A stretch of 62,941 nt of DNA, the filler included. It is 12 parts of 12 records of this genome, joined end to end, with 100 filler letters (N's around TTAATTAATTAA, not from the genome) between each part and the next. Parts side by side here need not be neighbours in the genome. Positions count along the whole stretch, not along the records: positions 5,083 to 11,730 come from SRR15195285_668; positions 11,831 to 16,838 come from SRR15195285_676; positions 16,939 to 24,360 come from SRR15195285_680; 9 more parts are not named here. One strand, written 5' to 3'. The position numbers were made by a program, and so were the translations under genes. A model generated the notes under the pieces. The model was not told the origin of the DNA. It made no database searches and saw only the letters and a list, made by a program, of their open reading frames with translations. This document shows, one piece after another, positions 11,586 through 24,460 of the stretch (position 1 is the first letter of the stretch; every line of letters begins with the position of its first letter).

Positions 11586-11830
11586 GCAATGCAACAAAGG
11601 ATTGCAGTGGGGTGGTAGGGGGCTAGCTCCTGGGACGGTACGGGGCGACGTGAGCGGAGACGGCCGGACGCACCTGCTCCCGATTTAGAATTTTATAACT
11701 ACGCAAGGACGATCCTTACGGTCCGACAAGNNNNNNNNNNNNNNNNNNNNNNNNNNNNNNNNNNNNNNNNNNNNTTAATTAATTAANNNNNNNNNNNNNN
11801 NNNNNNNNNNNNNNNNNNNNNNNNNNNNNN

Positions 11831-11870
11831 TGTGTGTGTGTGTGTGTGCGTGCGTGTGTGCGTGTGTGTC
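11831..11870. repeat. (TG)n/(TGCG) microsatellite at contig start
   Basis: Directly visible in the sequence. Confidence 0.9.
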
Positions 11871-12165
11871 TCTGTTGTTCCACTGTCCCTGTCCGTCTCT
11901 GTTTCTCTCTGTGCGTGCATGTCTAGTCCGTCGGGCTCCCTGCCCTGTCTGTCTGGACAGGATGCAGTCGCACATCTGCTGCCCTTCCTTACTGTCACCG
12001 TGGAATGCCAGTCTGGAACTCCCGCAATTTGCCAATCCGCAAGTGGTGACCACATGCTGCCTCGCGTAGGGTCGCCGATAACAACGTGACGCACTCAACG
12101 GCGGTCCTTGTTCGGATTGTTCCTTGGCTCGGCTGAGCAGCTTTTGATCGCAGCAAGGCGACACG

Positions 12166-14178
12166 ATGAGCCTCGCGTCAGAGTTCGGCGAGTTCACTGG
12201 GGACGACGAGAGCGTGACGGGGCTGAAGGCCGCGGGCAAAGCACAGAAACAGAAGAAGAAGAAGAAGCCGAAAAAGAAAGAGGTGCTCGAGGCTTCTGAG
12301 AATCCGCTCTCCAACTCTGAGGACGAGGAGGAGGAGCAGCAAGCGGACGCGCTGCCGGAAGGCACGCCGCCAGAGAAGTCTAAGAAGAAGCACAAGAAGG
12401 GCGCGAAGAAGAAGAAGGCTGTCGCCGAATTCTCTGAGATGGAGATCGGATCGGACGAGGAGGACATCGACAGCGAAATCGCCGCGAGAGTCACCGAGGC
12501 TCAGGTCAAGGCTGCTATGAAAGGGCAGCAGAGTCAAAAGAAGCTGAGCAAGAAGGAGAAAAAGGCAGCCGCGGCTGCGAGTGACATGCTCAACCCCATG
12601 GCAGACAGCTTCGACGAAGGCGATTTCGGGGAAGAGGGTGGTGAGGAAGAAGAGTCGGGTGGCTGGACTATCGGGTTCGCCACCGGCAAAAAGAAAACAC
12701 CCATAGTGTCACGGTTCGTTCGCCTACGGGGCAACGGCAGGGAGTGGGCTTTGCTGGTGTACAAGGACTCGAGCAGTGCAGATGGAAAACCTCTTCACGG
12801 ACTGAAGGTGCCACACTCGATTCGGGCCACGTATTGCACACAACTCGGGTAGTGTCAACTAACGCAGCGCAATTGATTGTGGAGCAGTTGATTGATGCGA
12901 AGCTCCGCTTTGGAGTGCAAACAATGGAGGGGCGTGAAATGCACAGCTTGGTCGCAGGGAAGTCGCAGTTGTCCTTCTCGGTGGCCGCTGATGAGGACGT
13001 GGGGAAGGTCGACAGGAGAAGCGGCAAGGTCACATTCGTCGGGCAGTCTCCTCTGGAGATGGTACGTGGTTCACTTGCACACCCAGTGTGGGTGCTTTTC
13101 CACCGGCATCTTGCACCGGCTGCTAATAGTTGCGTTGACGGGTGGATATGTCCAGATGGCCGCTTTCATCGCGTTCTTGTTGTCAAAAAAGGTGTCGGTT
13201 GTTAACGAAGATGGGGAACCGATAGGTGAGAACTAATCGAATCAAGCTCAGGCCAGCTCTCGCGGCGCCGACCCAATGATCGTAAATGCGCCTGCTGCAG
13301 GTACGAGCGGTGTCGCTGCGGAGGATATTACGGTCACATACAACCACGAAGGTTCTCGTCCGCCCGATATCGTGTGGTGCGTGGTCTGCCTCGCACCGCG
13401 TTGTGCTCGCTAACTAGCTGACCAGTCGGCTTGTATCCAACGCTGCAGGCGAGAGCACGAATCAGGGTTTCTCCGGGTTGACGATGCTTTCGGATTGGCT
13501 GCAAAGTGTCCCGGAATGAAGCTTGGTTTGGAGCTGAGAACAGTCGCCGGCACGCAGGTGGGTGGTGTTCCGCAGTCGATGCTGAAGCAGATTGTGCAGG
13601 GTGCTCCGTCACCAGTGGAGATGGTGTTCATCGAACCAGATGGTACGATGACCGTTCGAAACGAAACCAGACGATCTGAAGAGCTGTAGTCAATTCAGGT
13701 TGGTCTGCGAGACTCTGACCGTGCCTCTGCTGCTTCTGTCCGTAGATGAGGAAGAGGATGAGGAAGAGTCATCAGAAGAAGAAGATGAACCTGTCGACTG
13801 CGTGTTCCATGGTGCGTGTGCCTGCATCACTAGTGCCGAACAACTTCATGCAGGTTCAAAATTGCACGCAATGCACAAGTGAGCATGGAGTCGGCGTACG
13901 GGTGCCGATGATTGTGTGTGCTTGCAGAAGCTGGGTCTATTGGGATTGTTTTTGACGAGGGCGAAGAGGAGGATACGGTCATCATAGATTCAATCAAAAA
14001 TGGTACCCCCGCCAAGCGGAGGTACGGCGGGCAGCTTGAAGAGGGCATGCTGCTTTCAAAATGCCGAGGTCAAGACTGCGGGCCGCTCGATTTTGATGCG
14101 ATCATCGCGCTTATCACAGACCCCACACGACCGCTCGAGATGACCTTCGAGTTCCAGTACGAGGAAGACTCCGACTAG
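12166..14178 (+). CDS. Multi-exon protein with a Lys/Glu-rich N-terminus, a PH-like region and two PDZ-like domains
   Basis: Low-complexity charged N-terminus, then SRFVRLRG...WALLVYKDS (PH-like). Spliced exons give GLAAKCPGMKLGLELRTVAG...PSPVEMVF and GSIGIVF...IDSIKNGTPA...LEEGMLLSK...RPLEMTF (PDZ-like). TAG at 14178. Confidence 0.7.
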
Positions 14179-14612
14179 GTTGAGAACACGACCGGCGAGT
14201 TGAGAATAAGCTGTAGAGACGCGGACCGCGCTAGGTTTGGACAGGTTTGGTGAAACCCCTTGATAGAAAATTATGATGGCTTCGGCATAGTGCATTGCGT
14301 GTGGAAGGGTGTGATTCGATACACGCGACATAATTATCCACCCGCAAGTGTTTGGGTCAGCTAGTTCCGCCGACTGTTCGAGCCAGACATGTGGCGCTGC
14401 GGTGGCTGGCTGGCAAGGTATGGTGCGGGAGGGCTCGCATCAAGCTAAGGACATCCCTTGTTGGCACCCAATGCTGTCTGTTTGACGTTTGTGCCCACTC
14501 ATATCATTCCTTTTTTGACCGCTGCCCCTCGCCCACAGACTACTGCTCTTGCATCTATGCTGCTTCCGCCTCTACCGCCCAGCGGCTGCTTACGCAGAAG
14601 GGACGCCTCATT

Positions 14613-16643
14613 TTACAACTGGGCATCTGTTCCACCGCCCAGAGCCCCATCGAGGGTAGTCTTTGGTTCGGAGCCCTTCTTTTCGTGCGCAAGCTCCCAC
14701 GGTCCATCCGACGGTGGCCACTCTGTGCCCTCAGCCTCGTGAGGCCACTCTGCAGAGAGCCCAGCGCCGTAGACCTCGTAGAGCCACGACAGCCGCTGGT
14801 GTACGATTACTGCGGGCTCACGTGCAAGGTACTCTTGCAGCACCCACCAGGGACCACCACTATCTCTCCCCTTGTTTTGACTTTGAGTAGCGCCTGCATG
14901 GCTCGACAGCTCAGCCTGGGCGGTAGCAACGATTGTCTGGATGACCGCAAGTGGCGGGCCAACCTGCGGGGCTAGCCAACCGTGATTGGCAGATCCCTTC
15001 GCCTGCCTCTTAGACTCACCTTTCAATTTGTCGACGCCGTTATTGTGCTTTTCCCACCATAGCAGGAGCAACAGTGCGGCAAAGTTCTCTCGCGCCTCCT
15101 TAATCGGCAGTCGAATCGGAGACTTATCACCACGGTTTGGCTGCGAAATCTGGAGCAGTAGACACTTGTCAACCACACCCGCGGCAACCACCGCAACGCC
15201 GAGAGCAAAACCAGTTTCTGGCAGCTCTACGCCAGAAAGCAGATCTGGCAGAGTTGGACGGAACGATGCCCGAAGAAATTGGTAGTTTTCAGCTTCATAT
15301 GCGAAGTCAAACGGAGACGTCGCTGCACGCAATCCTGGCCAAGGCTCGACGGTTGGCGCGACGAGCTCATGCATGACCGTACCGAGTCCCCAGGTGTCTG
15401 CACCAGTGTAGTCGATGTGTGGGATTTCGCCTTCGTTTATGCTTTCGGTTGGTGCAAGGAGCACTTCCGGTGGGAGATTATACGGGTTGCCGCCACGCCG
15501 CTTGACCCCTCCGACCACCCGAACAAGCGACAACTCCGCTGGCACGCGCAGTGGAGCGCTGCGGCGACCACCTGGTGGAGGCGATGGTGCCTTAGTTGGT
15601 TCCAGTGCCGCCTGTGCATCAAGTGCCGCTCCAAAGTCAGCAAGTTTGACTGTCGGCACGTCATCGTTCACCACAGCGTTTTCCTCGACCGAGGCTGCCG
15701 CCAACAGGATGTTGTCGAGCTTCACATCGCGGTGAGCAAGATCTGCTTCAGCCATGTGCGCGAGGCCCGCAGCAAGCTGTGCTGCTACGCCCACCCACGC
15801 GACTGTCGAGAAGACTGGCAGTGCCTGGATAGTCTGCATTTCTTGTGCCAAGAGCACCGTGCTGGGTGATCCACCTGACCGCTTCCTTCTCGCCGCTGCT
15901 GCCAGCCGACTGTGGATAATGTGCGTGGCATGGTGGTGAAGGTTCGGACCAGTGAGCGGCATCACGAAGAACAGCGTGGACTTGGCGCCTCGTGGGGCTT
16001 GACCGACATTCCCGCCACCTGTGTGCGCTGTTGCTCCATCAGAATCTGCCTCCCAGTCCGGCAATCGAGCCGGATCGACGTCGTCAACGAAGCAGTGGTA
16101 GATCGGCAGCAGTGCTTTGTGACGCTCGAGCCGCGGCGGCTTGCCAACCAGTCCCTGCAGCGCCAGCTCCACCCTTTCGGCTGGGCTTGCGAATTCAACT
16201 GGCCTAGCGTGGCTGCCGGGGGCAATGGCGCAAGCAAGTCCCTGTGTTCCTGTGTCAGGTCCGCTCTCCTCTTGCACCTCGGGACGGAACATGACCTTGA
16301 TCGCAAACTGCGCCAGTTTGCTTGCGGTCCAAGTCTTTCGACAGCTCGGCGCAATGCATACCGCGCGGTACACTGCAGCATTTGCGCCGACAAACCCACC
16401 ACCACCAGCCCCCAGAGACGTCCCGCCCAGCCGCTCCAGCAGCTGAAAGTCGCGCAGCGTTGTGCCCTGCAGCACGTCCGCAATTTCATTGGGGGCGTCC
16501 GAACTGCATGCGGGGCCCGCAGTGCTCGTCTGATCTGCCGCTGGAGCCCGCGTGAGCGACGGGCGTTGACTGGGCACCTCGATCTCCGCCGCCGCTAGCG
16601 CTGTCAGAAATGCAGCCACGACTGGGGCCGCCCTGAGCACCAT
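14613..16643 (-). CDS. PINK1-like Ser/Thr protein kinase with hydrophobic N-terminal leader
   Basis: GANAAVYRA, FAIKVMF, STLFFVM, LAHRDVKLDNILL, LADFG, RGGNPYNLPPEV and IDYTGADTWGLG parallel PINK1-family motifs. The catalytic Lys, HRD and DFG are intact. Confidence 0.85.
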   Translation of the reverse strand: MVLRAAPVVAAFLTALAAAEIEVPSQRPSLTRAPAADQTSTAGPACSSDAPNEIADVLQGTTLRDFQLLERLGGTSLGAGGGGFVGANAAVYRAVCIAPSCRKTWTASKLAQFAIKVMFRPEVQEESGPDTGTQGLACAIAPGSHARPVEFASPAERVELALQGLVGKPPRLERHKALLPIYHCFVDDVDPARLPDWEADSDGATAHTGGGNVGQAPRGAKSTLFFVMPLTGPNLHHHATHIIHSRLAAAARRKRSGGSPSTVLLAQEMQTIQALPVFSTVAWVGVAAQLAAGLAHMAEADLAHRDVKLDNILLAAASVEENAVVNDDVPTVKLADFGAALDAQAALEPTKAPSPPPGGRRSAPLRVPAELSLVRVVGGVKRRGGNPYNLPPEVLLAPTESINEGEIPHIDYTGADTWGLGTVMHELVAPTVEPWPGLRAATSPFDFAYEAENYQFLRASFRPTLPDLLSGVELPETGFALGVAVVAAGVVDKCLLLQISQPNRGDKSPIRLPIKEARENFAALLLLLWWEKHNNGVDKLKGESKRQAKGSANHGWLAPQVGPPLAVIQTIVATAQAELSSHAGATQSQNKGRDSGGPWWVLQEYLAREPAVIVHQRLSWLYEVYGAGLSAEWPHEAEGTEWPPSDGPWELAHEKKGSEPKTTLDGALGGGTDAQL

Positions 16644-17792
16644 CCGGTGCGTCGAGGGACCGCTGTGTGCGCGCGTGCGTGCGTGCGTGCGCGCGGCGCA
16701 CAGCTAGCTGCCGCCCGCGGCCGGCGCGCCGGCCGCCGGGCTCGCTCGCGGAACGCTCGCGGCTCCCGGTACTCAGCTGGTACTCTGCACGAGATAGGAT
16801 GTAAAATACTCGATGTATCTACTATCTTGTATCGTTGTNNNNNNNNNNNNNNNNNNNNNNNNNNNNNNNNNNNNNNNNNNNNTTAATTAATTAANNNNNN
16901 NNNNNNNNNNNNNNNNNNNNNNNNNNNNNNNNNNNNNNGTGATCTGAGATTGGCGCAATCTCGGCGGCGCCGGCGCGTGCTGTGCGCGTGTTGGGTGCGC
17001 GAGCGCGCGTCTGGGTACACCAGATCTGGCGCCACTGCCACTGCTGATGTCCACGCCAGGGCGCCCCTTCGCGTGCGACGTACCATATCACCCAAAACGG
17101 CCGCCCACAGTGGACGCCGAGAACGCGACTTAAACGCCAAAAAACACGGTAGCCTGAGCTTTTCCTACCCCTTGCGCAACCCCCTATGCGGTTTTTGGGC
17201 CGTTTCAAGACAATAAGTTCCGTTCCGTTGCCAAGAACTTGCGAGTGCTAACCACTGGTGCAAACCATGTGCTACTAGGATCCTAGTAACCATGTTGCTA
17301 AGTGTATGTAATCTGTCAACGGTCAAGAAGTCTCTCGAGAACTTTTTTGCCGCCGTTGGCAGGCACGAGGCAGGGGCGTGGCTGCATGAGATTGAGAATC
17401 GAGCTGCTGAGGTTATCCCTGGGCTCCCTGCCGTCGCCATGGCTCGCTGGCTGCGGGCGGTGCGGGTGGCGCTGCCACTGCACGCAGTAGGCACGGTAGG
17501 CGCATGATTGGATCAGGGGATGCGCTCGGCGGAGGGGTTTTGCGCCTGGCATCCGGTGGTGTGCAGCCAGGAGGTGTTGTGGGTGGTTGCACGGCCGGCG
17601 CACGGGGTACGGTGCTGTCCTCGGCGGCCTGTTGTGGCACACGCTACGGCCTGCTAGTGGACTGCTGGCAGTGCTATACACTGTAGACACGCGGAGGGAC
17701 AGAGAGAGAAAAGCAAAGAGAGAAAGAGGAAGAAAGCGCGCGGGAGAGGGAGAGGGACTCGCCGGGAGAGTGGTGTTGCGCAGGCGTTCGCC

Positions 17793-20700
17793 ATGGGGAA
17801 GAAGAGCACGTTGGTGGAGGAGAACACACAGGATAAAATGGTGCTCCTCGAGTATTACCGAAAGCACAAGCCCGAGTTAGCAAGCAGCGAGAAGGTCGCG
17901 CAGGTCATCAACACGTTTCAGGCGAAGGCCGCCAAGGAAGCCAAGGCCAGCATCAACTCGATCGGCCCATCGTGGCGCGAGATGATGTACGAGTCCATCG
18001 CCAAGCGGAGCGGTGTCGACCCACGGGAGTACTATGACCTCACGGTGGGCAGCACGGTAGCCACGGCAGCGACAGCCAGGCAACGTCAGCGTACGGAGGC
18101 GGCAACGACAACGCGGCGGCTCGCCTGGGCAGAGAACCAGGCTGATCAGAGCCAGCGAGAACAGCGCAGGGGACTCGACACTCGCCAGGGTGCGCCCACC
18201 GCAATTGTTTGCGTGTTGCTCGCTGCTGTCCTGCTGCGCTCAGAACTGCACTGCCGCTGAATACCTGAATACTTTGCAGCCGACACTCTAGAACAAGATA
18301 TGCTCGAGCGCCCATGGAGGCACCATCAGTCCGACACAATCTCGATCACCGTCCCGCCAGATGGCTACCCCGGAAAGCGTCTGACTGTGAAGCTACCAAA
18401 CGGTGCCACCGTCCATCCAGTGGTTCCGGACAACTGTCCACCGGGTCAGACTTTCTCCGCAGCTGCGATGCCGCCGGCTCCAGATGTAAGATCTATCGGA
18501 GGTGGGCATCGAGTCATGGTTGACACGGGTCGCGAGCCATTTGCGAAGCAGTTCGAGTTGGTACCAGAACCACTCAATCCAGCACACCCGTCGATGCCGC
18601 ACGTGGACCGCTGGCATGAACCACAGTACAACCCTTCAAAACCCGGTGGTGCTGCAGAAAGCGAGTACAGCGACCGCTACCTCGGTTTCTGGCGAGAGGA
18701 TGCTGAGCTAAACAAAGGGAACTTCTTCGCAAGGCTTCAGGAGTCCAAGAAGGTTCAGCCGTGGCCTGAGCAGGAGTTTCCGACGCAGGACTTTTTCTTC
18801 AGCAAGCTCCCAACCAACGCCCACCCTCTACGAGCAGAGCACGGCTCCAAGCGGGCCGAAATGCGACGAGGTGATATGCAATGGCCTTTCGTGTTCTCCC
18901 AAGCCTTTGCTCTGTCTGGGCACCCTCCGGCAAATTGCGTTGCAGTGTTGCAATGTTAACATACACTTGTGCGATTGTCGGCTTGATACACGCAGCACTG
19001 GACGGGAACCATGGCACTCTACAGGGTCCGCACAGCGATATGCTACTGCAGGATTCTCTGAACGCTGACAGGAGCGCCGACGAGCGTGCGCTGTTCAAGA
19101 ACCGACAGTCAACAATGTTAAGTGGTGGTAAAGGCTTGCATGGCGGGAAACAACAGGCCGTGAGCCTTCTAAAGCGGTACGCTTTGACTGAAGGGGGTAC
19201 AGGGGGCCAAGGGTGTGAGCTTCAAATCTGCCGCGGGGACCTCACAAAGGTCGGGACGGAAGCTCTGGTCACGTCGGCAAGTCCAGACCTCAGCCCGGGC
19301 GGCATGGGCATCAACTCACGTGTGCACTCGGCAGCTGGAGCTGTCTTCAGCCGCTTGGTGGCAAGGGTTGCAGAGGTTTCGCCGGGACTGCGCTGTGATA
19401 CTGGAAGCGCGGTCGCTACCGACGCTGGCGAACTTGCGGTGACCAAGGTCATCCACGCCGTTGGGCCAGTGCACCCGCAAGCACCTCTGTGGCACGAGCT
19501 TGTGTATGCAGGGAAGCATGCGCGCCACCAGGACCCCCCGCTTGGCGTGCCTCGCAAATATCGTAACTATGGAGAAGAAGACGTGCCCGGTCGGCTCGAA
19601 GGGGCGTACTCGGCCGCAATGCGTCTGATTAACCAGCATGGACTCCGGACCTTCTCAACCGCAGCAATTTCTTGTGATGTGGGTGGTTATCCACCGGCAG
19701 AAGCCGCAGAAATTGCGCTCGAGACCGTCCTGAGGCGCGCGAACATCGGCGGAAGTGAGTCGCAGTGCATCGATTGTTCGAAACTCTGTATCTGTTGTCC
19801 TTTCACTCCGCTGCCTAAAGTTTGCTCAGCAGTCGCTCGCGCTGCATGTTTGTGATGCTGTGTGCGGGTGTGCAGTTGAACTCATCCAGTTTGTGATGCC
19901 GGATCCAAGCAACACGCACTTGGAGAATGCTTTTCTCAAAGAAGCTGCTAGACAACTTCGGCTCGGGCGGCTGCGGCCAAGTTCTCGTGGCCTGCGCGAC
20001 CCCCGTACAGGAGATGAGCTGGGCGATAGCGACTCCAGCAAGCATGGTGGTACGGATGGCACTAATGGAGTTACGGGCGAAAAGGAGCTGCTCGAAAAGC
20101 AGCAGGAGCTGCTTCAAGCATTCAAACAGTTTGATCTTGACGGAGATGGCACTGTCACGCCAGCCGAGTTTCGGCAGGGCTTGACTCGCTGCGACGTAGA
20201 TGTGCCCAAGGCAAATCTGCTGAAGATGGTTGAGCTCCTGTCAGACTCGAAGCTCGAGTCAGTGTGGAAAACCATCGACCGGGATGGGAGCGGAGATATC
20301 GATGCAAGCGAACTGTCAACCATAATCAAGACGATGGGCAAGAAAATGAGCGAGGACGACATCGCCCGGCTCGCACGGAAGCTCGACCGCGACCACGATG
20401 GCACAATATCTCAGGAAGAATTTCGCAAATGGTGGGCTAGACAGCCGACGAACGCCAAGGAGAAACTGGTGGGGATTGACTACCAAGAGTTCGTTGCAGC
20501 ATACGACCCTCTCGAGAATGCGCTGCGCCGCATCTTCAACGATATTGACGAGTCCAAAGACGGAACACTCGACGCCCAAGAAATATGGCGCCTCTGCCGT
20601 GATATGGGTGCCGAACTCGAGCCGCGCGAGCTCCAAGAGGCCATGCGAGAGATGGACGAGGATGGATCAGGTGAAGTGGATTTTGATGAGTTCTTTTCTT

Positions 20701-22718
20701 GGATTAACGCTCCACGCAAGCGCAATGCTAAGCTCGCGAAGGCAATGTCGGAATTTCGTGCTAAGCGCACTGCCGGGATGAAGAGGCAAGAGCGTCCGTA
20801 CGGTAAACCGACAGGTGGGAGAGCGGGTGATCAGGCGTTCGAACGGGCAAAAGACGGTTATCTGCCGCATAAAATCAAGCGCAAGAAGCACGCTTCATCG
20901 GCTGCCATCACGCAGTTGGACCAGGAATACTACGAGAGACAGCAGCACGCAGGTGTGCTGCACGGTGAGCCTCCCGTGTCGGTAAAACCTGGGCAGCAGG
21001 CTGGTGCCGGCACACGTGAATCACACTATGAGGGGCCGCGAGGCGCAGCGGTTGGCAAACGGGATCCAAACGGATACGTTCCGTACAAGCCACACGAGCA
21101 GATCATCGCCGCGTCTCTCGAGAAGCTGATGGCAAAGCTACCTCTGGCGGACCAGTCACTCGCGCCGGTCTGGAAGGAGATTGATCGCAGGCTCATCGCC
21201 AGTGGAGAGGTTGACGCAAAGGTATTGCGATCTATGCTCAGCACGGTTGCCCCAGCCATGGCTGACTCTGAGGTGGCGGGGATAGGACGAAAACTCCCCC
21301 GTCGCACAGCAAAGGTGCAGTCGCTACGGAAAGATCTTGAAGGGTTGAGTGCGGAGGCACTCAAAGCCCGAGCACTGGCGACGGGTGTAGACAAGGAGCT
21401 CGTCGCGGAATGGTGGAGCGGACCGGCAACGCAGGCTGCACTCGGTCGAGGCGTGGGAATGCAAACTTCGGCGTCGGTGCCAAAAAGCGCGAACGAAGAC
21501 AATCACTACACCCTTGTGCCGTCTTGGGGTGACGACGATGAAGGCTATCGCGAGAGTACATCCAGAGGAATGAAAAAGCCCGGCCACCTCGCTCGTGTGG
21601 CGAACACCCGAATAGGCCGCTACATTGGTCTGCTTGAAAAGGATGAGGCAGCTAATGTAAAGGAAGACCTGCACAACATTCAGGCGCAAGCTGGAAACTT
21701 GCATACCTGGATAGACCCACGCAGCTGCTGGGTGGGCGGCATTCCTCGCAGGCACGCGTCTGAAGCAGCAATGCGGCAGGTCTTCGACGAACATGGAATG
21801 CCGGTGGTTTCGATCACAGTCCGGGTGAAGACCCGGCTAAGGTCTGTGCGCGGTCAAGCAGCGGTAGCGAACCGGAGCTGGGCGCTGGTCGAGTTTGTTG
21901 ACAAGAAGACGGCGTTGCGTGCGCGGAAGGCAAAGGTGATGGTGGAGGACAGCGACGGGGTGCTGGTCGCGCTGAAAATCCGGGAAGCGCAGGTCGAGGA
22001 ACGGATCGCTAAGGCGGATGCAGAAGCGGAGGCCGAAGAAACTGCCCAGCTGGCGAAATCACTGACCGAAAAAAGCGTGAACGAAGGTCAGACTGAGCGG
22101 GTAACTGTTGAATATCCGCTGAACGAAGGTGGTTGGGGAGCTGGGTCACGTTGGCCCGAAGGCATACGTGACGAGGAGGGTGAACCGCAGGGCCGCATGA
22201 GCTACCCTCTCAAGAATGGCACCGAAGAGCCGCTGACGACTGGTCGTTGGATGGGTGGAAATGTGGATAGCCGCAACGGTTTCAAGGCGACAGTGGAACG
22301 GCACGGTCAACATGGGAATACTGCACCTGCGAGCGGCGTGTCGAAGGACACGGATAGATGGGGTAGGCCACAGTACGCGCCACCTCAGAGGCCAAAGGCC
22401 AAGTCATCGGTGCACCAAGAGGTGATCGATGCCATTATGAAGACGGTGCCAGCCAGTCGCGCGGGTGAGAAGCTGACAGAGCTTCGTGGCATCAAGGTTC
22501 GAGAACTGCGAGAGCGTGCTGTAGCTGCGAACGTGGACAGGGCGACGATTGACAAGTGGTGGGCAGTGGTGGGCGACAAGATGGCGTCCGAGAAGGTCTC
22601 GCAGGCAAGGCACGTACAGGTACACTGGAACAAGCGTTATATTGGTCGAAATCCGGACCAGCCGTTTGCTGGCTGGGGTGAGCGGCCGGGCCACAGGGAC
22701 ACTCTCCGGTACTCCTAG
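17793..22718 (+). CDS. Large multidomain protein: macrodomain + multiple EF-hands + RRM + SAP-like repeats (3' end uncertain)
   Basis: Exons join in frame across intron 18190-18279 and two further introns (about 18871-18995 and 19755-19875). Macrodomain: RGDLTKVGTEALV, VIHAVGP, AYSAAM, AISCDVGGYP. EF-hands: DLDGDGTVTPAE, DRDGSGDIDASE, DRDHDGTISQEE, DESKDGTLDAQE, DEDGSGEVDFDE. RRM: SCWVGGIP...SWALVEF. Confidence 0.8.
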
Positions 22719-23221
22719 GCACGCGACCGGTTGGGTATATCAGTGGGGCTCGTGCGCTGCTTCAGGTGGAATGCATTTTCGGTTCAGCTACGGTCCTACG
22801 TTCTACTCATGGGTGGAGAGCTGCTCTTGGCTTGCCCGCCCTTCTCACCTTACGACTGTCCAGATGGACAGCGGTGAGGTGAGCACTGCTAGGCACCCGA
22901 TGATAACAGAAATGCGATTCCCTTCGTCACAATGCATTTGTCTCCGGTTACGCACTCACGACCATCAGTACAGGTGTACACGAGCATAGTAGTAGCCAGA
23001 AGCTACAATCATGTCTGACAGACACATGATCAGATCCAAACTGCATGGTTCATGTGTGGGCGCCGTTCCCTCACTCACCCCAGAACAACAGGTCTGCAGC
23101 AGGCTGCCCGAAATACCACCGCCCACCAGTTCGGCCGCAAATAATCGTCGGTGGCGCAAACGGACAAAAATGTACGCGCAAACCACATTTGTCAGAAGCC
23201 CTTGCCGCTGCTCCGCCACAA

Positions 23222-24170
23222 TCATGTGACAATTGGCGGTGGCTCGCCCTCCTCGAATCCCCCTCTGTCCTCTTCGCAGGGCTCTGCCATCTCAAGCTCC
23301 GCCTCCACCGCCGCCCAGTCCGTCTCACCACGCGCTAGTGCCTCCTAACCGCGTCCGTTGCGCATACATTAGGCCACCCAGATGAGAACTGATGACGAGC
23401 TGGACGGGTAGACACGCATACAAGCGAAACACACACAGGACCACTGGTCGTGGTGCGCACCTCGAAAGCCTTGCGGTAGTCGCCGTAGCCAGTCCACTCT
23501 CCCCACACCTCGCCTCGGTCCATCCGGAGGACCATCGCGGCGTCTGCGAACTCCTGCGCATCCTCCTGTCGACGCAGCACACAGCGCAGGGACGGGAGTC
23601 ACTGTGCACGCTGATTGGAGCAACATGGAATTTGTTCAGTCGCACCTCAACCTCGGCTTGTGTAAGGGGGGCAGCGGGCAGCATCGCATCCAAGCTCTGC
23701 TGGAACTCGCGCAGGTGCGCTCTGAAGCCAGCATTGGGCTTGACGGCCGGCCGCCGCGCGCATACGGCGGCGAGGGCTTCCAAGTAAGCGAGTCGCTGCA
23801 CTTGCATGACAAACGCAACCGCGAAGGCCCCCGAGCGCGACGAACCAGCGTTGCAGTGGGCGTAAACGACGCCGCCGCCCGCAATCGCCGCCTGCGCCCA
23901 CTCCAACGCTGCCGGCAGCAGCGGCAGCAGCGGGCTCTGCGGTCGGTCGACCAGCGCGAGCCGGTAGTACTCTAGCGCTTCCGGGTGGAAATTCTCCAGC
24001 GCGCCCTCGTTGATCGCCGACGTGCAGTTGACGATGTGGGTCACACGTCGAGACCGCAGCGCCTCGAGGTCTGCCGCGCCGCGCTTCCCACCTAAAAAGA
24101 GCTGCCCGTCGACGATCTCATCGATCGAGAGCCGCGCGTTCGCGAGCTGCCGCGCGGAGCTCGCGTCCAT
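23222..24170 (-). CDS. Dual-specificity protein phosphatase (DUSP), 3 exons
   Basis: LFLGG, VTHIVNC, HCNAGSSRS (HCxxGxxR) and VKPNAGF. Two GTGCG...AG introns add an acidic tail ending at TGA 23222. Confidence 0.9.
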
Positions 24171-24460
24171 TGCTGCCCAGCAGTGTACTAGCAGGCGCTG
24201 CACTGGACGGAGCGATCAGCGCCACTCACATAGGCAGCGGACGACTACACTAGCGGCAGTGCGGCATGGGCGGCGGGGTGGGGGCCGATCCGCCGCGGCG
24301 CGGGCCGAGGCGCGGCAGCCTCGCGAACGTGTAAAATTGTAGCAGTGCCCAGGATAGACTNNNNNNNNNNNNNNNNNNNNNNNNNNNNNNNNNNNNNNNN
24401 NNNNTTAATTAATTAANNNNNNNNNNNNNNNNNNNNNNNNNNNNNNNNNNNNNNNNNNNN

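Noticed and set aside
17272-17287. 16-bp perfect palindrome TACTAGGATCCTAGTA
   Set aside because: It is a single short instance with no supporting context.
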